Positions 1-38,748 of a DNA stretch of 64,000 bases are shown in pieces (within the stretch, counting starts at the first letter, position 1; each line of letters opens with the position of its first letter). Made by a program: the position numbers and the translations under genes. Origin of the DNA: Chrysomallon squamiferum (Eukaryota > Animalia > Mollusca); assembly GCA_012295275.1 (NCBI GenBank), contig CM022673.1, positions 3,596,001 to 3,660,000 of the forward strand. Reading direction: 5' to 3'. The notes below the pieces were generated by a model, which worked only from the letters and a program-made list of their open reading frames with translations, was not told the DNA's origin and ran no database searches.

Positions 1-545
1 TATATATATATATATATATACATATAACAGTGTGTAAATTTACATTCATATACCTAGAGTCATCATAAATTAATAATACAGTTTTTAAATTTTCATAACA
101 ACTTTTCTGTACGCAGCAAAATATGTCTGTGTAGAAAGCAGGTGAAGGAGTTTTACCCCATTCCGTTTAAATTTATTAAAACCTAGGTTCCACATCCACC
201 TGCATTCAGCAGATTAGTTGTGCCCCTGACCTGTCAGAATGTTCAGAAATCTGTTTAATTCAATCCCTCCATCATCACAGCCACTGTGACTAATCTGACT
301 TCAACATGATTAGCTTGTGAAATATTTATGAATTAAGCGTTCAGAGATTAATCATTATCTCTGGTGTTATAACCTGATCAGCTGGTTGCCTTGTTTGGTT
401 ATGTGTGGGAAGACAAATTCCCATTCTTTCCAGTATGTTTTTTTTTTTATTAGTGGTTATTTAATAGTTCAACAATGTATGAGGGATGTGTGTAGGTGTG
501 TGTGTGTGTGTGTGTGTGAGACTTAATGAATGAAGTTTTTGTGTG

Positions 546-768
546 TAAGTAATTTGATATATTTTGTGTTTGCATATTAAGTAATTTGATATAGTTTATA
601 TGTATGTAAATAAATTGATGTTATTTGTGTTTGCATATTAAGTAATTTGATATAGTTTATATGTATGTAAATAAATTAATGTTGTTTGTGTTTGCATATT
701 AAGTAATTTGATATAGTTTATATGTATGTAAATAAATTGATGTTTGTGTTTGCATGTTAAGTAATTTG
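546..768. repeat. Tandem repeat, about 61-bp unit, about 3.5 copies
   Basis: TTAAGTAATTTG recurs at 577, 638, 699 and 757. Confidence 0.85.
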
Positions 769-1607
769 CTTTGGTGGGTGAAAGTATAGAACTTTGTAGG
801 TGCAAATGTATAGTTTGTGTGAAGGAAAGTTATGTTTCAGTTATGTTAACATATTTTTTAAAAATTAATAATAAATACATTAAACTATTCAGCTAAATTA
901 GTCATATGTAAATTTGAAATGTAACAGAGTGTCCTGTTTTACAAATGAAAAACTAAATAGTGTAGATCGATCCTTTGATATATTTATATGGATTTTGATA
1001 ATCATCTGTATGTCTGATGTAAAAATGATAACATTGTCATCTTTGGAAACTGATTAGATAAACTGCAACCTAGTTCTGCAAAAGTACACACACATGCACA
1101 CTGGCTTATTTCATTAAAGTGCACTGTGCAACAAAAGCTAATACATTTAGTGAAATAAATATTAAATTTATGTTTGTAAGAAATACCTGTATTTGCACAC
1201 CTGTTGACTTTTGCCATTAATCTTATTGATTAACCTGTCAGGTAGGTTTAAATGACACTGATGTTATGTTGCTGATGCTGACAGTAGATTGATAATATGG
1301 TGGGTTATATCAGAGTTGGTGGTAACATGACGAATGGATGAATAGCTTTGTGAATGAGTTTTGTGTTTAGCAAAACTTCAGTATGTTTTATTATTAATAC
1401 TAGTTAAATTTGTTTTTTTAATTTATCGTAAAATAATAACATTGTCATCTGTGAAGAATGATTAGTAGAGCTGCAACCTCAGTATTCCAGTAAACACAAA
1501 AATGTGTACCTGATGACCTCTGTTGTCTAATTATGATATTTGGCGGGGTTAAACATTCCTGATTATGACACACTTTGAACTGACTGTTCATCTCTTCATA
1601 CACAGGA

Positions 1608-1774
1608 AATATAAAAGACACTTGCTGTTGTTTGAAAAAGACCCTTGCTGTTATTTGAAAAAGACCCTTGCTGTTATTTGAAAAAGACCCATGCTGTTAT
1701 TTGAAAAAGAACATAGCTCATTGTGTGGCAGGCAGTATTAGTTTCCTGTCTGTTTTTAGTCCTTAATCACATGC
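1608..1774 (+). mobile_element. Degenerate MetaSINE-like 3' fragment with an internal 4 x 23-bp tandem expansion
   Basis: ATATAAAAGAC.CTTGCTG...TAGCTCATTGTGTGGC...GTTTCCTGTCT...GTCCTTAATCACATG. The unit AAAAAGACCCTTGCTGTTATTTG recurs with period 23 (1621, 1644, 1667, 1690). Confidence 0.5.
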
Positions 1775-1960
1775 ATAGTGCTGAATAACAATAGAATAAA
1801 CATAGAGATATTATGCAGAACACAGATACAGCCATACATTGATCAAAACGTGCACATATGTACATAAACAAACACACACAAATACACATTAATACACAAA
1901 CACCCATAGATGCACAAAAAAAACCATTTACACAAAATGTAAATGCATAAATTCACACAT

Positions 1961-1996
<36 letters not shown>

Positions 1997-3050
1997 ACAC
2001 ATATTAGATATTCAGTTAATAATAAAATTAGATTAGAAGTATTAAATTAATTTTAATCACAGATGTATTACCACTGTGTAAACACTGTGTCTGCAGTGGG
2101 CTGGCTTGCTAACAAAGTTACCTCAGTGAGTGGGTGATGGGTGGGTTTTTCTTCATATCCAGTCATTGTACCTAGACAAACAGGAGTGGCTGAAGAAATA
2201 AAAGTGAGACTTGCTGTTAAAAAGGATATCAATGTTTGATTAGCAAAACTGTTAATTAAAAACATGAAAACACAAAATTCAATACAGATGGATTTATAAA
2301 ACGGGAGAGAAAAAAATTGATAGTAAAAAATATTTGAAAAATAAAAGTAGTGTACCAAAAATATTACCTTGTGAATGAAAATAAAATCACTACAAAAGAT
2401 TATCTAGTAAGCACATAATTCACAACAAAAGCATATTATAGTGGGGGGGGGAAATGAAAATTCTTTTGAAAAGTATGTAACTGTTGAATTTCTGTGAAAA
2501 AAGGATGATACAATAAAAAAAAAAAAAAAAAAAAAAATTTCATTGTTGACTTCTAACCATAAAATAAGAAATCTTTTTAACATATAATTTGCCTTGTTGA
2601 ATGCTTTACATATGTAGTGATGTGTAAAATTATTTATATTCTGAATGCAGTCCTTTATTGTTATTATTATTATTATTGTTATTATTATTATACTATGGTC
2701 ATTGAGCAAACAAAAATAACAATAAAAAACAGCATTGCATGACAGAACAAATTAGATGATAAGATTTACTGCAGTTTGCATACAGTAAAACACCGATATG
2801 GATGATTTGATGTACATGTAGTATAACATTATACAGGAATATTATTTGTCTCTTTATTTTTATTTTTTATTAGAATCTGAAAGTATACAAAAAATTAGCA
2901 TAAATCATTTAAATGTGTTTAATTCTATGTGAGTTTCTTTGATGGTTGTTTAAGAATGCAAAGACAGGTCAAATTTAAAAAACATTATTAGGAAATATGT
3001 AATATAATGGAGAAAAAAGTGCCTTGCTGTTAATAATTATATCACCTTTC

Positions 3051-3120
<70 letters not shown>

Positions 3121-3891
3121 ATTTAAGACATTTCTTATTAATAATCTGTAAGACTAGACCATGGAGTTTTCTGTCTTAGGCATTATCTGTTATTAAAATA
3201 AAATATTTAGATAGATAGGTACTAACGACTAAAATATTCTCAATTTAGATTTGTTAATGTAATATACACAAAGCAAAAAAAAAAAAAATTAATTTGTTTT
3301 GTTAGTTAACCTATATTAATCGGAATAAATATGTCAATGTTTTGTCCTTTTTAACAAAGCAAAAAAACCAAATTAAAACATTGTATTGGGTTATTAATAT
3401 AGATATCACTTTTTTCTTTCACTTTAGAACTAAGTTAAATATTATTGCCTCTGGCTTGAAAATATTCCAGTTACAAACACTTGTGAGATTTTTTCAGAGA
3501 TTGGTCCTGATACAGTATTCATATACATGCACACTTACATCTGTATGTAAATTGTATCACTCTTACATGTTGAACATACAGGTAAAAGTAATCAACAGGT
3601 TCATGTCTCAGTAAATACAGATTGTACTTAATTTTTTTTAAGACTTTACCTCTAGGCAATAATCATGTACAGTTGAGAATATTTTGTACATAATAATTAT
3701 TTATAGACCAGAATAATTTGTTCATAATAATCACATACAGGTGAGAATAAATTGTACATAATAATCATATAGAGGTGAGAAAAATAAACAAAATGTGCTA
3801 TCTTTTAAGTATGTTACTAGAGTTGTGACCCTTCAGAAATAAAATGAATTTATTTTTAAAATTTGATATAGATATTAATTAAAGTTTTGTG

Positions 3892-3932
<41 letters not shown>

Positions 3933-4649
3933 TAGCATTTGGAAGTCTATCTTTTTATTTATTTATTTATTTATTTATTTATGTATTTGTTTTTAGTCTT
4001 TATTTGTATTCATTATAATGGCATTTTATTTTCTATTATTACTTTTAAAATATTTTAATTATCAACATCTTTACTTTTTCTTCTTTTTTAACAAATTGTA
4101 TAAAAATGTTCTGTTGTTTCCATTTACTGACTACTGATAAAAACCAAATGTGAACTTTCCACAATCCTGTTACGCATAGCTTTGCAGTTGTGTCACAGTA
4201 TCCTTTTACATGATTACTAAAGTCTTGTTTATATTGTTCCCAGAATATCTATTTCGTTTATTGCTGTACCTCTGATTTCTGAACGATTGATCATTGCTGA
4301 CATAAATTGTCTGCAAAAACGATCACTGTCAATGTTAATCAGGGCATGAAATTTGTGTGTGATCATTCGTCCCACTCACCTAGCAGGTAAACCATTGTTT
4401 CCTGAACAGACAGACAGGTTACCTGAGTTCATGTTAAGAATGTAGAAACAATAATGACAGACAGACAGGTTACCTGAGTTCATGTTAAGAATATAGAGAC
4501 AATAAATTATGGAATGTAACATCTTCTCTTTCTTTTTCTTTTTCTCTATTTTTCTGTTTTTTATTGTTTTTTTACCCATATTTCTGTTTCTTTATTTATC
4601 TTTTTCTTTTCTCTCTCTTTCTCTTTTTGATTTTTATTCTTTTTCTCCC

Positions 4650-4713
<64 letters not shown>

Positions 4714-4995
4714 CCATGTTTTGTTCTCTCTCCATCCCTCTCACCTAGTCTGCCATATAGGACCATGTTATTTACTGTTTACCTTAAAGGTTAATGGGTT
4801 ATGGGTACTGTATCCACATAACTGGTTTCTTCCCATAAAACTTGACCTTGCCTCTGATATTTTAATTCTTAATGTTTATTAAGCAACATGCTGTCATGGG
4901 AAACTAAATACAAAATAAGTTAATCTTTCTATACATCTTGTTTTCTTTCTGTCTCACACACTTTGATTTTATCTCTTCATTTATCTACCTGTTTA

Positions 4996-5163
<168 letters not shown>

Positions 5164-6158
5164 TTGCTGTGATGTTCGTTCTGATATTGTCTTTCTCCCT
5201 CTGTTAATCTCTGTATTTTTCTTTTTTTTTTTTTTTTAGTTATTATCATCGGATTAAATTATTTTTTAATTTTAATGGTGTTGACACAGCTTTCATCAAC
5301 ATTCCAAATTGTCTGTCTTCACACAACATGTAGTTTTATTAGACCTGTGTTTTAAATCATAACAGATTCTGTAACCTTTTCTGTCATCACATGAGCAGAA
5401 CAAAGTTGATTGGTACACATGCTAACTCTGATACATGTACAAATAGAAGTTAATTTCTGGAAGCTTCACTTCTGTTACATCAGAACAACTCAACACAAAC
5501 AGGATTTGGATAGAAAATAGTACTTTTTTCTGCATTCTGATAGTCATATGTAGTTTCAGTGGATTTCTTCTTCTAAGATAGATTTCTTTGTGCTCTCTTC
5601 AGATTTCTGATGGTAATAAGAAATGCAGAAATTTAGTTTGTTATTGGATTTTTGCAGACAAAATTTAACTTTATAAGAAATTATTTGTTTTACATTTAAA
5701 TTTGACTTTTCTTTTAAAAATAAAAAATTTCGGCATGTCTTTTTTAATGGATTTTTGCAGTCTTGTATTTAGACATTAAATTATAGATTCATATATATTA
5801 TTGAAAAAAACAAACTTAAATGGATTCTCACTGAATTTTTCTCCCAGTATGTTTTTAATATAATTACGAGAGTATTAAAATAAAACCAACTTCATTGTTT
5901 TGTGGGATTTCTTCACTGGACTTTCATAAAACTACTTTTTCCTTGAAAAATTTCCACTCTTTGTTGGGTTTTGTTTTTGCACTGAAATTTCACAGACATT
6001 GTTTTGATTGTGAAATCACAATTTGTACAGTGTGTCATGACTCTGGGAACAATAAGTCAGCAAAACCAAAACCAAAAACTAATTCAGGTTAACGTTGATA
6101 ACAAAACTGCTTGTTACAAGCTAAAAGTATCCGTGGTAGACATTGAGTGGTGTCAAAC

Positions 6159-6274
6159 ATGCGTACTATTCAGACGCGCTGTTGCAGTATTTCATTCTAC
6201 AATGAAGAGTTTGAAGATGATCTCACAGCTCTGTGCTGTGCAGAGGACAGCGATGTGTTTGTACTGTATGGCAG
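6159..6274 (+). CDS. Candidate alternative first coding exon of the PLEKHA gene (MRTIQTRCCSISFYNEEFEDDLTALCCAEDSDVFVLYG)
   Basis: CAAAC-ATG at 6159, 38 open codons plus 2 nt, donor CAG|GTAACA. Phase 2 joins exon 7091 in frame. Confidence 0.55.
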
Positions 6275-6463
6275 GTAACACAACAACATGTCTCATTCCT
6301 TCTTTCTTATCTATCTACCTTTTGTCTTTTTTCTCTCTGATTCTTTTTCTATGCCACCAATATCTCTTTTTTCCTTCCCCAGTTTTCTTTATATCTTTCT
6401 TTTTGTTTCTTGTATCTTTCTCTCTTTCTTTCTCTCTTTTTCTCTCTCTTTCTTCCTTTCCTG

Positions 6464-6542
<79 letters not shown>

Positions 6543-6569
6543 ACTTACAAAAACATAAACAAAAGTACA

Positions 6570-6860
6570 TGCTGATGAATTGTCTGTATGATAATATTTT
6601 GCTGATGAATTGTCTGTATGATAATATTTTGCTGATGAATTGTTTGTATGATAATCTGCCTACAAATTATCTCTGTAATAATCTCTGCTAGTGAATTATC
6701 TGCGAAAAACATATTCTGCTGATGAAACCGTCTGTATGATAATACTCAGTTAATGACTTGCCTGAATGAAAGTCTGTCAATGAATTATCTGTATGATAAT
6801 ATTCTGCTGATGAATTGTCTGTATGATAATTTTACTCTGATGAATCATCTCCATGATAAC
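6570..6860. repeat. Degenerate 30-bp minisatellite GCTGATGAATTGTCTGTATGATAATATTTT
   Basis: Near-exact copies at 6571, 6601 and 6631, with diverged copies downstream. Confidence 0.85.
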
Positions 6861-7090
6861 TTTAATGTTTTCTGTTAAGACAACAAAATTTATTTTTATA
6901 AATATATAAAATTCTGCTGATGAGTGTCTGTATTTTGCTGACGTATTTATTTTATGAGTACGTTTCCAGAAATCTAATGATGGATGGAGTTTGGTAATAT
7001 GATGACCACATCATTTCTATTTCAGTACTAATCAGTAAATAATTTAATTTTCTTTATTCTTTTTATTTATTTTATTTTATTTTTTTGCAG

Positions 7091-30470
<23,380 letters not shown>

Positions 30471-30540
30471 AAACCAACAGTGAGGTTAGGAGAACAGTAT
30501 TGTTGTTTTCCCTGAAAATAGATAAATACATCAATTTATT

Positions 30541-30581
<41 letters not shown>

Positions 30582-33500
30582 ATTAAAAAGAGACTGATAG
30601 GATTTATTTTTTAAAGAAAGAACAAAGTTTTTTATTTGATGTGATGGTTGACTAAACTCTACACTGACTGGAATGTGTTTCTAAAAACAACATTACTGTT
30701 TGGAAAACGTTATTTTCAATAGTATCTGACAGCAAGGTGCAAAATTTTTTTTTTCTCTTTTTTTTTTTTTATAAATTTGGAAAAGAAATTTTTATATTTT
30801 TAATGTTTCTTGTTCATTGGAAAATACTTTCATTCTTAGCTCAAAGTTGTTATTTTCTTCAAAAAAAAAATGTTTTTATTTTATTGTGAGACAAACTTGT
30901 GCTAACAAAATCTACTCAATCAAGATAATTAAAAAATTGACAAAAATATTATTTGTCAGATTATGTATATTTTTTCATTAGATTCACTGCAGAAGTAACA
31001 GTAGCATGCTTTTGAATTTGCATACTAATTTCATAATTCCATGTTTTAAAACTTAAAAAAAAAAATTAAATACATTGGTGATGTATGTATTGTCATCTTA
31101 TGGCTTCATATTCTAAGACATACACATACTGCACCATTGATAAAGGCATACTAATTGTCAGTCAAGCCAGTATTGATGTGATGATAATTTCAGTGATTCT
31201 TAAGTATGTCGTGTTTGCTCATTGTTACTGGAACAATACTGTCTGTACTGAAAGACATTTCTATTTTTACAAAGCATAAGAAGCCAAACAAGGTTATGGG
31301 CCTTTAAGATCAAAATTTTTGAAAGTAAATATGCAAACTATGGAATGGAGAATCAAAACTTCATTTAAAATTTTGTAATTAAATAGGAATATTATACTGA
31401 AATTTATATTTTTAAGTGTTGGTCCATAGGTTAGTCTAGGGTAATGTATGGTTGTTAATTGTTGAATAACCTTACATTGTCTTATATTAAAATCTGTGTG
31501 TATCTGTTTGATATTAATAACCTACATGTATACCTGTAATCTGGAATAATGTGTATTTAATTCATATACTTGTATGTATGTTTTTTATTATTTCATTCCT
31601 TAAATTTAATATCTTTTTTAAAAATATTTTTAAAGTAATACTAATATTTTTTTTTTTTTTTTTTTTTACAAAAATAAGAAATATATATTCAGCATTTTTA
31701 GTTTCCAACTTTTTTTTGTAAGATATAAATAGACTTTCATCAAAAAAAAATTAAAATAACTTTTTCAGTGTAAAAGTGTTATATTTTTTACAATTTTAAT
31801 TTCAAATGTAAAAGATTTTTTTTTAAATCAGTTCATAACATATCATTATTTTGTCAATGTTGAATATGAGGTCATATTTTTTATTATTTCATTTTTCATA
31901 AATCCATAGTCATACTTTTAAAAAATTGTTTCTTTTTTTAATTTCATCTAAAATATGCTCATTTATTATCAGTTGAATGTTTTTAGATGGTTTTAATTTT
32001 ATTTTATCTTGTTTAAGGTTTTTATTTAATATATTTCTATAAAATGTAATATAAAGTACATAATATCCCTAATGGAATATTACCTGTATTTAGTTTAGCA
32101 TTCATATATATATATCATTAGATAAAAATCATTTTCATATGTTTAATGTTTTGTATATAATTAAAATTTTATTTTTAAATTTATTTTAATTTTCTGTTCT
32201 TTGGTAATGTGGATTTAAAAAAAACTAAAAAATATTGAAATTGTATAGTTTTCTTTTCTTTTCTTTTTTCTTTTTTTTTTCTTAACTTGCTTTTTTTTTA
32301 TTATTATCTCTTTTTAATTCAAATTTTACATTAATATAACCATACTAATATCTATACACCATTTACTGTAAACATCTTAGTCATTCATATTCCTGATGAA
32401 CTTCTGTCAGATTTCTGGCTACTTTACTGAATAAATCAATATTCATGAGAAAGACATGCCATTCAAAAGCATTAGTAACCAGGATCAACTCTTAGTACTG
32501 GTACCTACCCAATACTAAAAGGAAATGTACAAGAAATAACACAAGTTCTCTAATCTGTAACTAAGCATCTAAACTTCTTGAAGACACCACATACCTGACT
32601 TCCTGTCTTCATCTCCAGTACCCCCCCCCCCCTGTTCTTTCCCAGCCATTCCATAAGGAACTGTGACTCACAAACTTAGTGAAAGTAGAGTGAAACAGAA
32701 AATTAATTCTCTTTAGCAGCCCTGCTAAAATGCTCATTGTCCATAGAGAACATTCAACTTCATTGTTTTAACATTAACACTGTTTTAGACTGTTACCCAG
32801 ACTCTTGGATTGTATAACATGACATGCATGTTTAAACCTTCAGTCTATTATCATTGGCTGAATTCTTTAATGTGATTCATTTCACAGAGAGATTCAACCG
32901 TTTTGTACACCACTGTCTTGGATTATTTTTTTATTTTTTTCAAACCCACCAGAAGAGAAATGCTTATGAGCCAATTATCAAAGTCATTTAATATGAAAGT
33001 TATGGTATAGGACATTTAAAATGTTAGAGTATAAGGTAGAGGTTTGTAACAAAAATTAATCTCACAGTATCACATGTAGTAGTAGTAGATGTCCTAGCAC
33101 TGCTTTAGTAAAGTTGATTCTTCACCCGTTCATGGACATCAGGTGTGCATTTGGTTATCACTCCACCTTAATTTGTGTCAAGTGATATTTTTGATTCTTT
33201 ACAAAAGAATATCCCAGCAATGACGGGATCTCACTGCATGTAAGGGTATCAGTGGTGGTATCAGAAGAACAGCATTCCTCAACCTGTCACTAAACAATTT
33301 TGTGAAAATACTTTGTGAAACTTGAATACATTCTCTTACTACATTTGAGGTTGTGAAATATTTTTTGTTAGAATTTGTAATACATTCTTGTATTAAAATA
33401 TATTGTTTTTAATTGCAGTACATAAAAATTCCATTTTATTATGTACTGATCAGTGCATGTTTATTTTGTTCTGTTTATTTTTTTAATATTGAGTATCATT

Positions 33501-34536
33501 ATGGTCATGATTTTTATATTGACGACTAAGTAAATATCATATTTACAGGTAGATATCTATAAGTATGTTTCTGCAGTAAATTTCAATTAGCAGGTACAAC
33601 AGTTATATGACCTTACTCTTGGAAAATAATAAGTTTCAGTAATTTGTCTTTAATTTATCATTATTATTATTTTAAAATTGGTCATTCCTGTCTTTTTTAT
33701 GCATGTGTTTGAGTTGCATTTTCAGTTTTTTTTAAAAATACATTTTTTGGGGGTTGGATTGGTAGGTAGTGGTTTTAATCTATATAATCACATACTAGTC
33801 TGCAGACGAGAAACAAATTAACAGTTCTGTCACTTTTATAATAAACCCTAAAGATATTATATGTGCAAAACATTTCATTATACATAACATTATACATACA
33901 GATACACACAAACATTTTCTTTTTTTTTCATTGTCTCATTATAGCATTGAAGATGAGTTAATTCCTAACTAGTAGTTAACTATTTTCATTTTTCTGTTGT
34001 TTTTAAATATTTATTCCAAATTTTTTAATAATAAATAAAATTTAATGAAAAATAAATCAGTCAATCTGTGATGTATATAGAGAAAAACATTCTTTTAAAA
34101 AAACAAGATATTTTATCATTTTATTTTCTTAATTTAGAATATATATTTTTTGTTAAATAATTCTAGATTTATTGTGTAAATAGTTTGAAAATGATTTTAA
34201 ATACATTTTCATTAGCATTAGATTATAAATTTTTGAAATGTTTTATATTATATAATTTCATATAACTGATATTAAATACAACAATGATATTAACTCTAGT
34301 TATTGAAAAATAATTTTAGTTATAAAATTTTATATTTTCATTCAAATTAAAGTAATGTCTAAATAATGAAGATTATTAATATTGTTTTAAAATGTTGGGA
34401 ACCAGTTATACTGATGTATCAAGGTATCTTAACATAATTATGTAGATTTTATTTTTTATTATTATTTTTTTCTATGTTATTATTTTTATTATTATTCTAT
34501 TTATTTAGTTTTCATTTTATTTATTTATTTATTTTA

Positions 34537-34573
<37 letters not shown>

Positions 34574-37500
34574 CTTGATATTGTTCTATTTAAATATAAT
34601 GGAGCCATGTCAAGATTTATAAGTATAAAAAAACAAGGAGTGTATTTTCAATCAGTGAATATCAAAATATTTTTATCACAATTCTCTGCAACATCAATAT
34701 ATTTAGCACATTCCATTTCTTCTTTTCTTCAAAGGAATTATCATAGTTATATTTTAAAACTTTTGAAATGATAATTTTAATTTGAAAACAAATCTTTCTT
34801 TTAGTTTTAGCTAGCTTAAAGTTCCATATGATTTAAAGAATCTTTACTTTGCTTTTTATTTAGTCCAGGTTTTTGTTATTAGTAACTGTAATGATTATGA
34901 TTTTTAAAATTAATTAATTATACACAATGTGATATAAATAGAGCAATAAGTGTCTGTTGAAAATTTTATATTCTGTGATAAATTTTCTATGAACAAATCT
35001 TTATTTTAAATTTTAATTATTTTTAATTCAAATTAAATGTTTTTGTTATAGAAACAGTTGTATAGATTTTTAGCTTCTTGATATTGTGGCTTCTTTTATT
35101 TATCTATTTTACTTTTTTATAAATAATTTTTTTTTCTGGAATGATTCCAGGGAATGGGCATTTCTTGATTATTTATTTAATATTTTTTATTATTATAAGA
35201 ATAATTTTTGAAATGTGTCCAAAGCTTGTTTTTACCTCTTTTTTTTTTTTAATCTTATCTTCATTATGTTTATTCTTGCTTTATTTTATGTTTTAAAAAG
35301 TGGAGCACAATCAGTATATTCTCTGTAGCTTTGTTCATAAAATTATTTTATGTTTCTCTTCTTTTTTAACAATATGACTTTGGGATAATGTTTAGTATTT
35401 TTAAAGGTATGTCCTATGCAACACATGTATATACCCAGAAAATCAGTGACTGTGTGTAATTGTAATGTATATTCATTTTACTAGTGACAGTGTAGATGAA
35501 TCTACAGCATAATGGTTAAATTGTATATAATTATTTCACATTAATGGTAAAAAAATATTATATTTTTTTCTCAACATAAAAACTAAGGCCTTTATGGTTC
35601 TGTTAGTTTAGACAAAAGTAATATTTAAAATTAAGCATTCTTTTTCTGCTGTTAGATAGTCTAAACCTTGCTGGTCTGTATAAAATTAAATACTGTTCTG
35701 ACTGTCTACTTTCATAGTAAGAAAATACTCTTGTGCATATAAACAAAAGCTAGATTCTGGTTTTATTTATATTAGGTTTATTGCAGATGATGTGGTCAGA
35801 ATGAGGAAAGAATTCAGGGTTTTATTATGCTATTTTTTCATTATTATTTAAATGTAGAGTCAGACCTTGTTACACTGAACTTATTTGTCTCTGGATCATT
35901 TGTTAAGTTTGCCATTACAACAATCTGGTCTCAAGGTACTTTTCTTATATAAACAGTTAGTGTGAGTTATCATTTATTATAAATTAACTCCCTTTTTGAA
36001 TGAGCACATTATCTTCCTTGTCTCACTAAGAATTATCATATAATTATCACCTTTTTGAGTGAGTGAACTGTCTCCCTTACCTAACAGTTATCATATATAA
36101 ATCTCTCTTTTTCAATAAACATTATTTTCTCTTTTCCCATTAATAAAATTATCACAAGTTATCCCCCCTTATTGAATGCATGAACACATTTGTTGAAAAT
36201 TATTTCACTTTATGCATTAAAATGGTCATCATAAGTTATTGCTCTTCACATACCAACAGAATGAAAACAATTTTAACATCATATTATCAATATACAAATC
36301 TGGATGAATTTTTTTTTCTAATTTAACAGTCACAATTAGACGACATAAATGTCCTTGTGACAGAGTTTGACTTATTTTATTTACATCATTGTCTCAGAAT
36401 CCTCTTGTTTCCATTGACTGGTTTGTGATTATCAAAATAAGGGTTTAGTGTTTTAGCATAATTAACTTGTGTCGTATTTGTACATTGGAATTTAATACAG
36501 AATACAGTTTACTGTTTTACAATATATTTAGATACGTTTTTCTTTCTTTTATACCCGATGTCGTATGTACAGAATAAGTAAAAAATGTGTTTATCTTGAT
36601 TTTCTGGTTTGTTTTTTGTTTAAAATATCACAGGATTGTAACTATAACTGCTTTTTTTTTTTTAGTGTTTTTCTTCCTCCCTTCTCCATCAAGATGGTAT
36701 GAAAATTATTATGGAAGCTGAAAATAAAATCCTCAGTATTTGCAAATAAACTGATTCTAAACCCTAAAGTGTTCAGAAAAAACCTTCTCTCATCCAGTGT
36801 AACAAATGGAAATAACAAAGAAATAACAAGGATACTTATTATTGGCATTTCTTTATTTCCTGGGATTATATGGATGCAATGCATAACCAAACCATATATA
36901 AATTTTAAAAACAAATTAGATTTTTTTAAATTAAGTACAATAGCAAAACATATAAAGTTATATACTAAGCTAGAAGAAATGTCATATTCATAAAATGAGA
37001 GTAATGAGTTGTTTAATATACATTCATATATGTAATAAGAGATTTATTAACCATCATAGCAGTAGGCATACATAATATGTAACATGTACAGATATTAACA
37101 ATATGATACTTGGGCATATCTGTTAAATTCAGGTAATAGGTATTAGGCTAAAATTGATTGTCACATTATAGTAAAAATTTGGAATATAATAACAGACAAA
37201 AATCAAATTTAAGTAAATATTAGTGTTAATGGGAGTAAAAATAGAAATTAATATACTAAAATGAGCTATTAATATTATGAAACTTGTTTGAAATGCACTG
37301 TACAATAGAAAATAGTGTCTTTCATAGATCAAATCAAACTGCACAGTCTTAAGCTATTATTTCTGAAATCACAAAAAGGAAAATATTTAGAAATCATGAG
37401 TTGTATGCTTGACAATTTTTAACTTTAAAATGTGTTTAGACATTAAAATAAATAAATCATTTGAGTGAACAGAAATGATGAGGTCAAGACCAATGTTAGA

Positions 37501-38279
37501 ATTAACAATATGTCTAATCCTGCCTCTAAATCCTGCCCTAGTTATAATGCTGATTATAGAACTACCTAAAGATACTTGTCAGACTTGTAACAAAAGACTG
37601 ATGACTTTTGATATTGACATCACAAAGTGCTTTTAAAAAAAAATATATATATATATATAGTTTTAAAATGTCCTGGCCAATGAAGATAACTACAAACAAT
37701 GAAAGCAGTTACTTTTGTTAATTTTATTTAAAAAACAAAAAATGTTTTCCTTTTTCGTATTATCCTAAACTGTACATTAATCTTGTTCAAAAGAAATAAT
37801 TTAGATAACAAAAGTTTATTACAATGTACCCTGAAAGTCATTAACACTAATTTCTTTTTTATTTTCTGGCACCATAAATTGATAATTAAGCTTCAAATAA
37901 TCTACAGTTTAATTCTGAATACCTGTCAAAAACAAAATTAAAAAAAATACAGCTAAAATGTTTAGTAGTTTGTCATATTAGTACCTATAGTTTTGCAGAG
38001 ATCATAATTTTATAAAGTACATTTTTGAAAGTAAAACATTTTATTATAAATCAGTAGCACTTTAAATAAATAAAATAAAATTTTGATTCTTAACCTGATT
38101 AAATACTGGCTAACTCAGATAATTTTACATTTTTGGTAATGTGCAGTTTTTCTGTAAAAATTAAATTATGTATGTCAGCCTTATTAAATCTATGTTTTTT
38201 GTATGTGTAAATGTATACACTAACATTGGTATTTCTGTGTATTTCTACATGTGATTGAGAATGTGTCTGTTTTTATGCA

Positions 38280-38321
<42 letters not shown>

Positions 38322-38685
38322 GTACACTAACAATATCAACTTCCAAAATATTTCACTATACATGCTAACATATTAAATGTTAAAAACAGAGCCACACATT
38401 ACACTACAGTTTCTAATCTACAGTCCATCAACAACACTTTTCAAATATTCTTGACAACACCAGACTAGATTTTACTGCTGCTATGAAAACACAAAAATAC
38501 ACTCAGACATCTCATCTGAAATTTCCCCATGTCTAACATGCCAGCCTCGTAGCATGAACATTCAGTTTTGGGTATTATAAGATAATTAAGTAATTAAAAT
38601 TTACTTATAACTTAACCTCAGTGTGTTTTAGTTTTTTTTACTTTATTTAATTTTTTTTATTTATTTATTTATTTATTATTTATTA

Positions 38686-38748
<63 letters not shown>

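Noticed and set aside
30545-30578. Poly(A) run just after the PLEKHA stop suggesting a retrocopy
   Set aside because: The gene has 27 introns in this window and genomic A/T runs are common here; the run is only an internal-priming risk.
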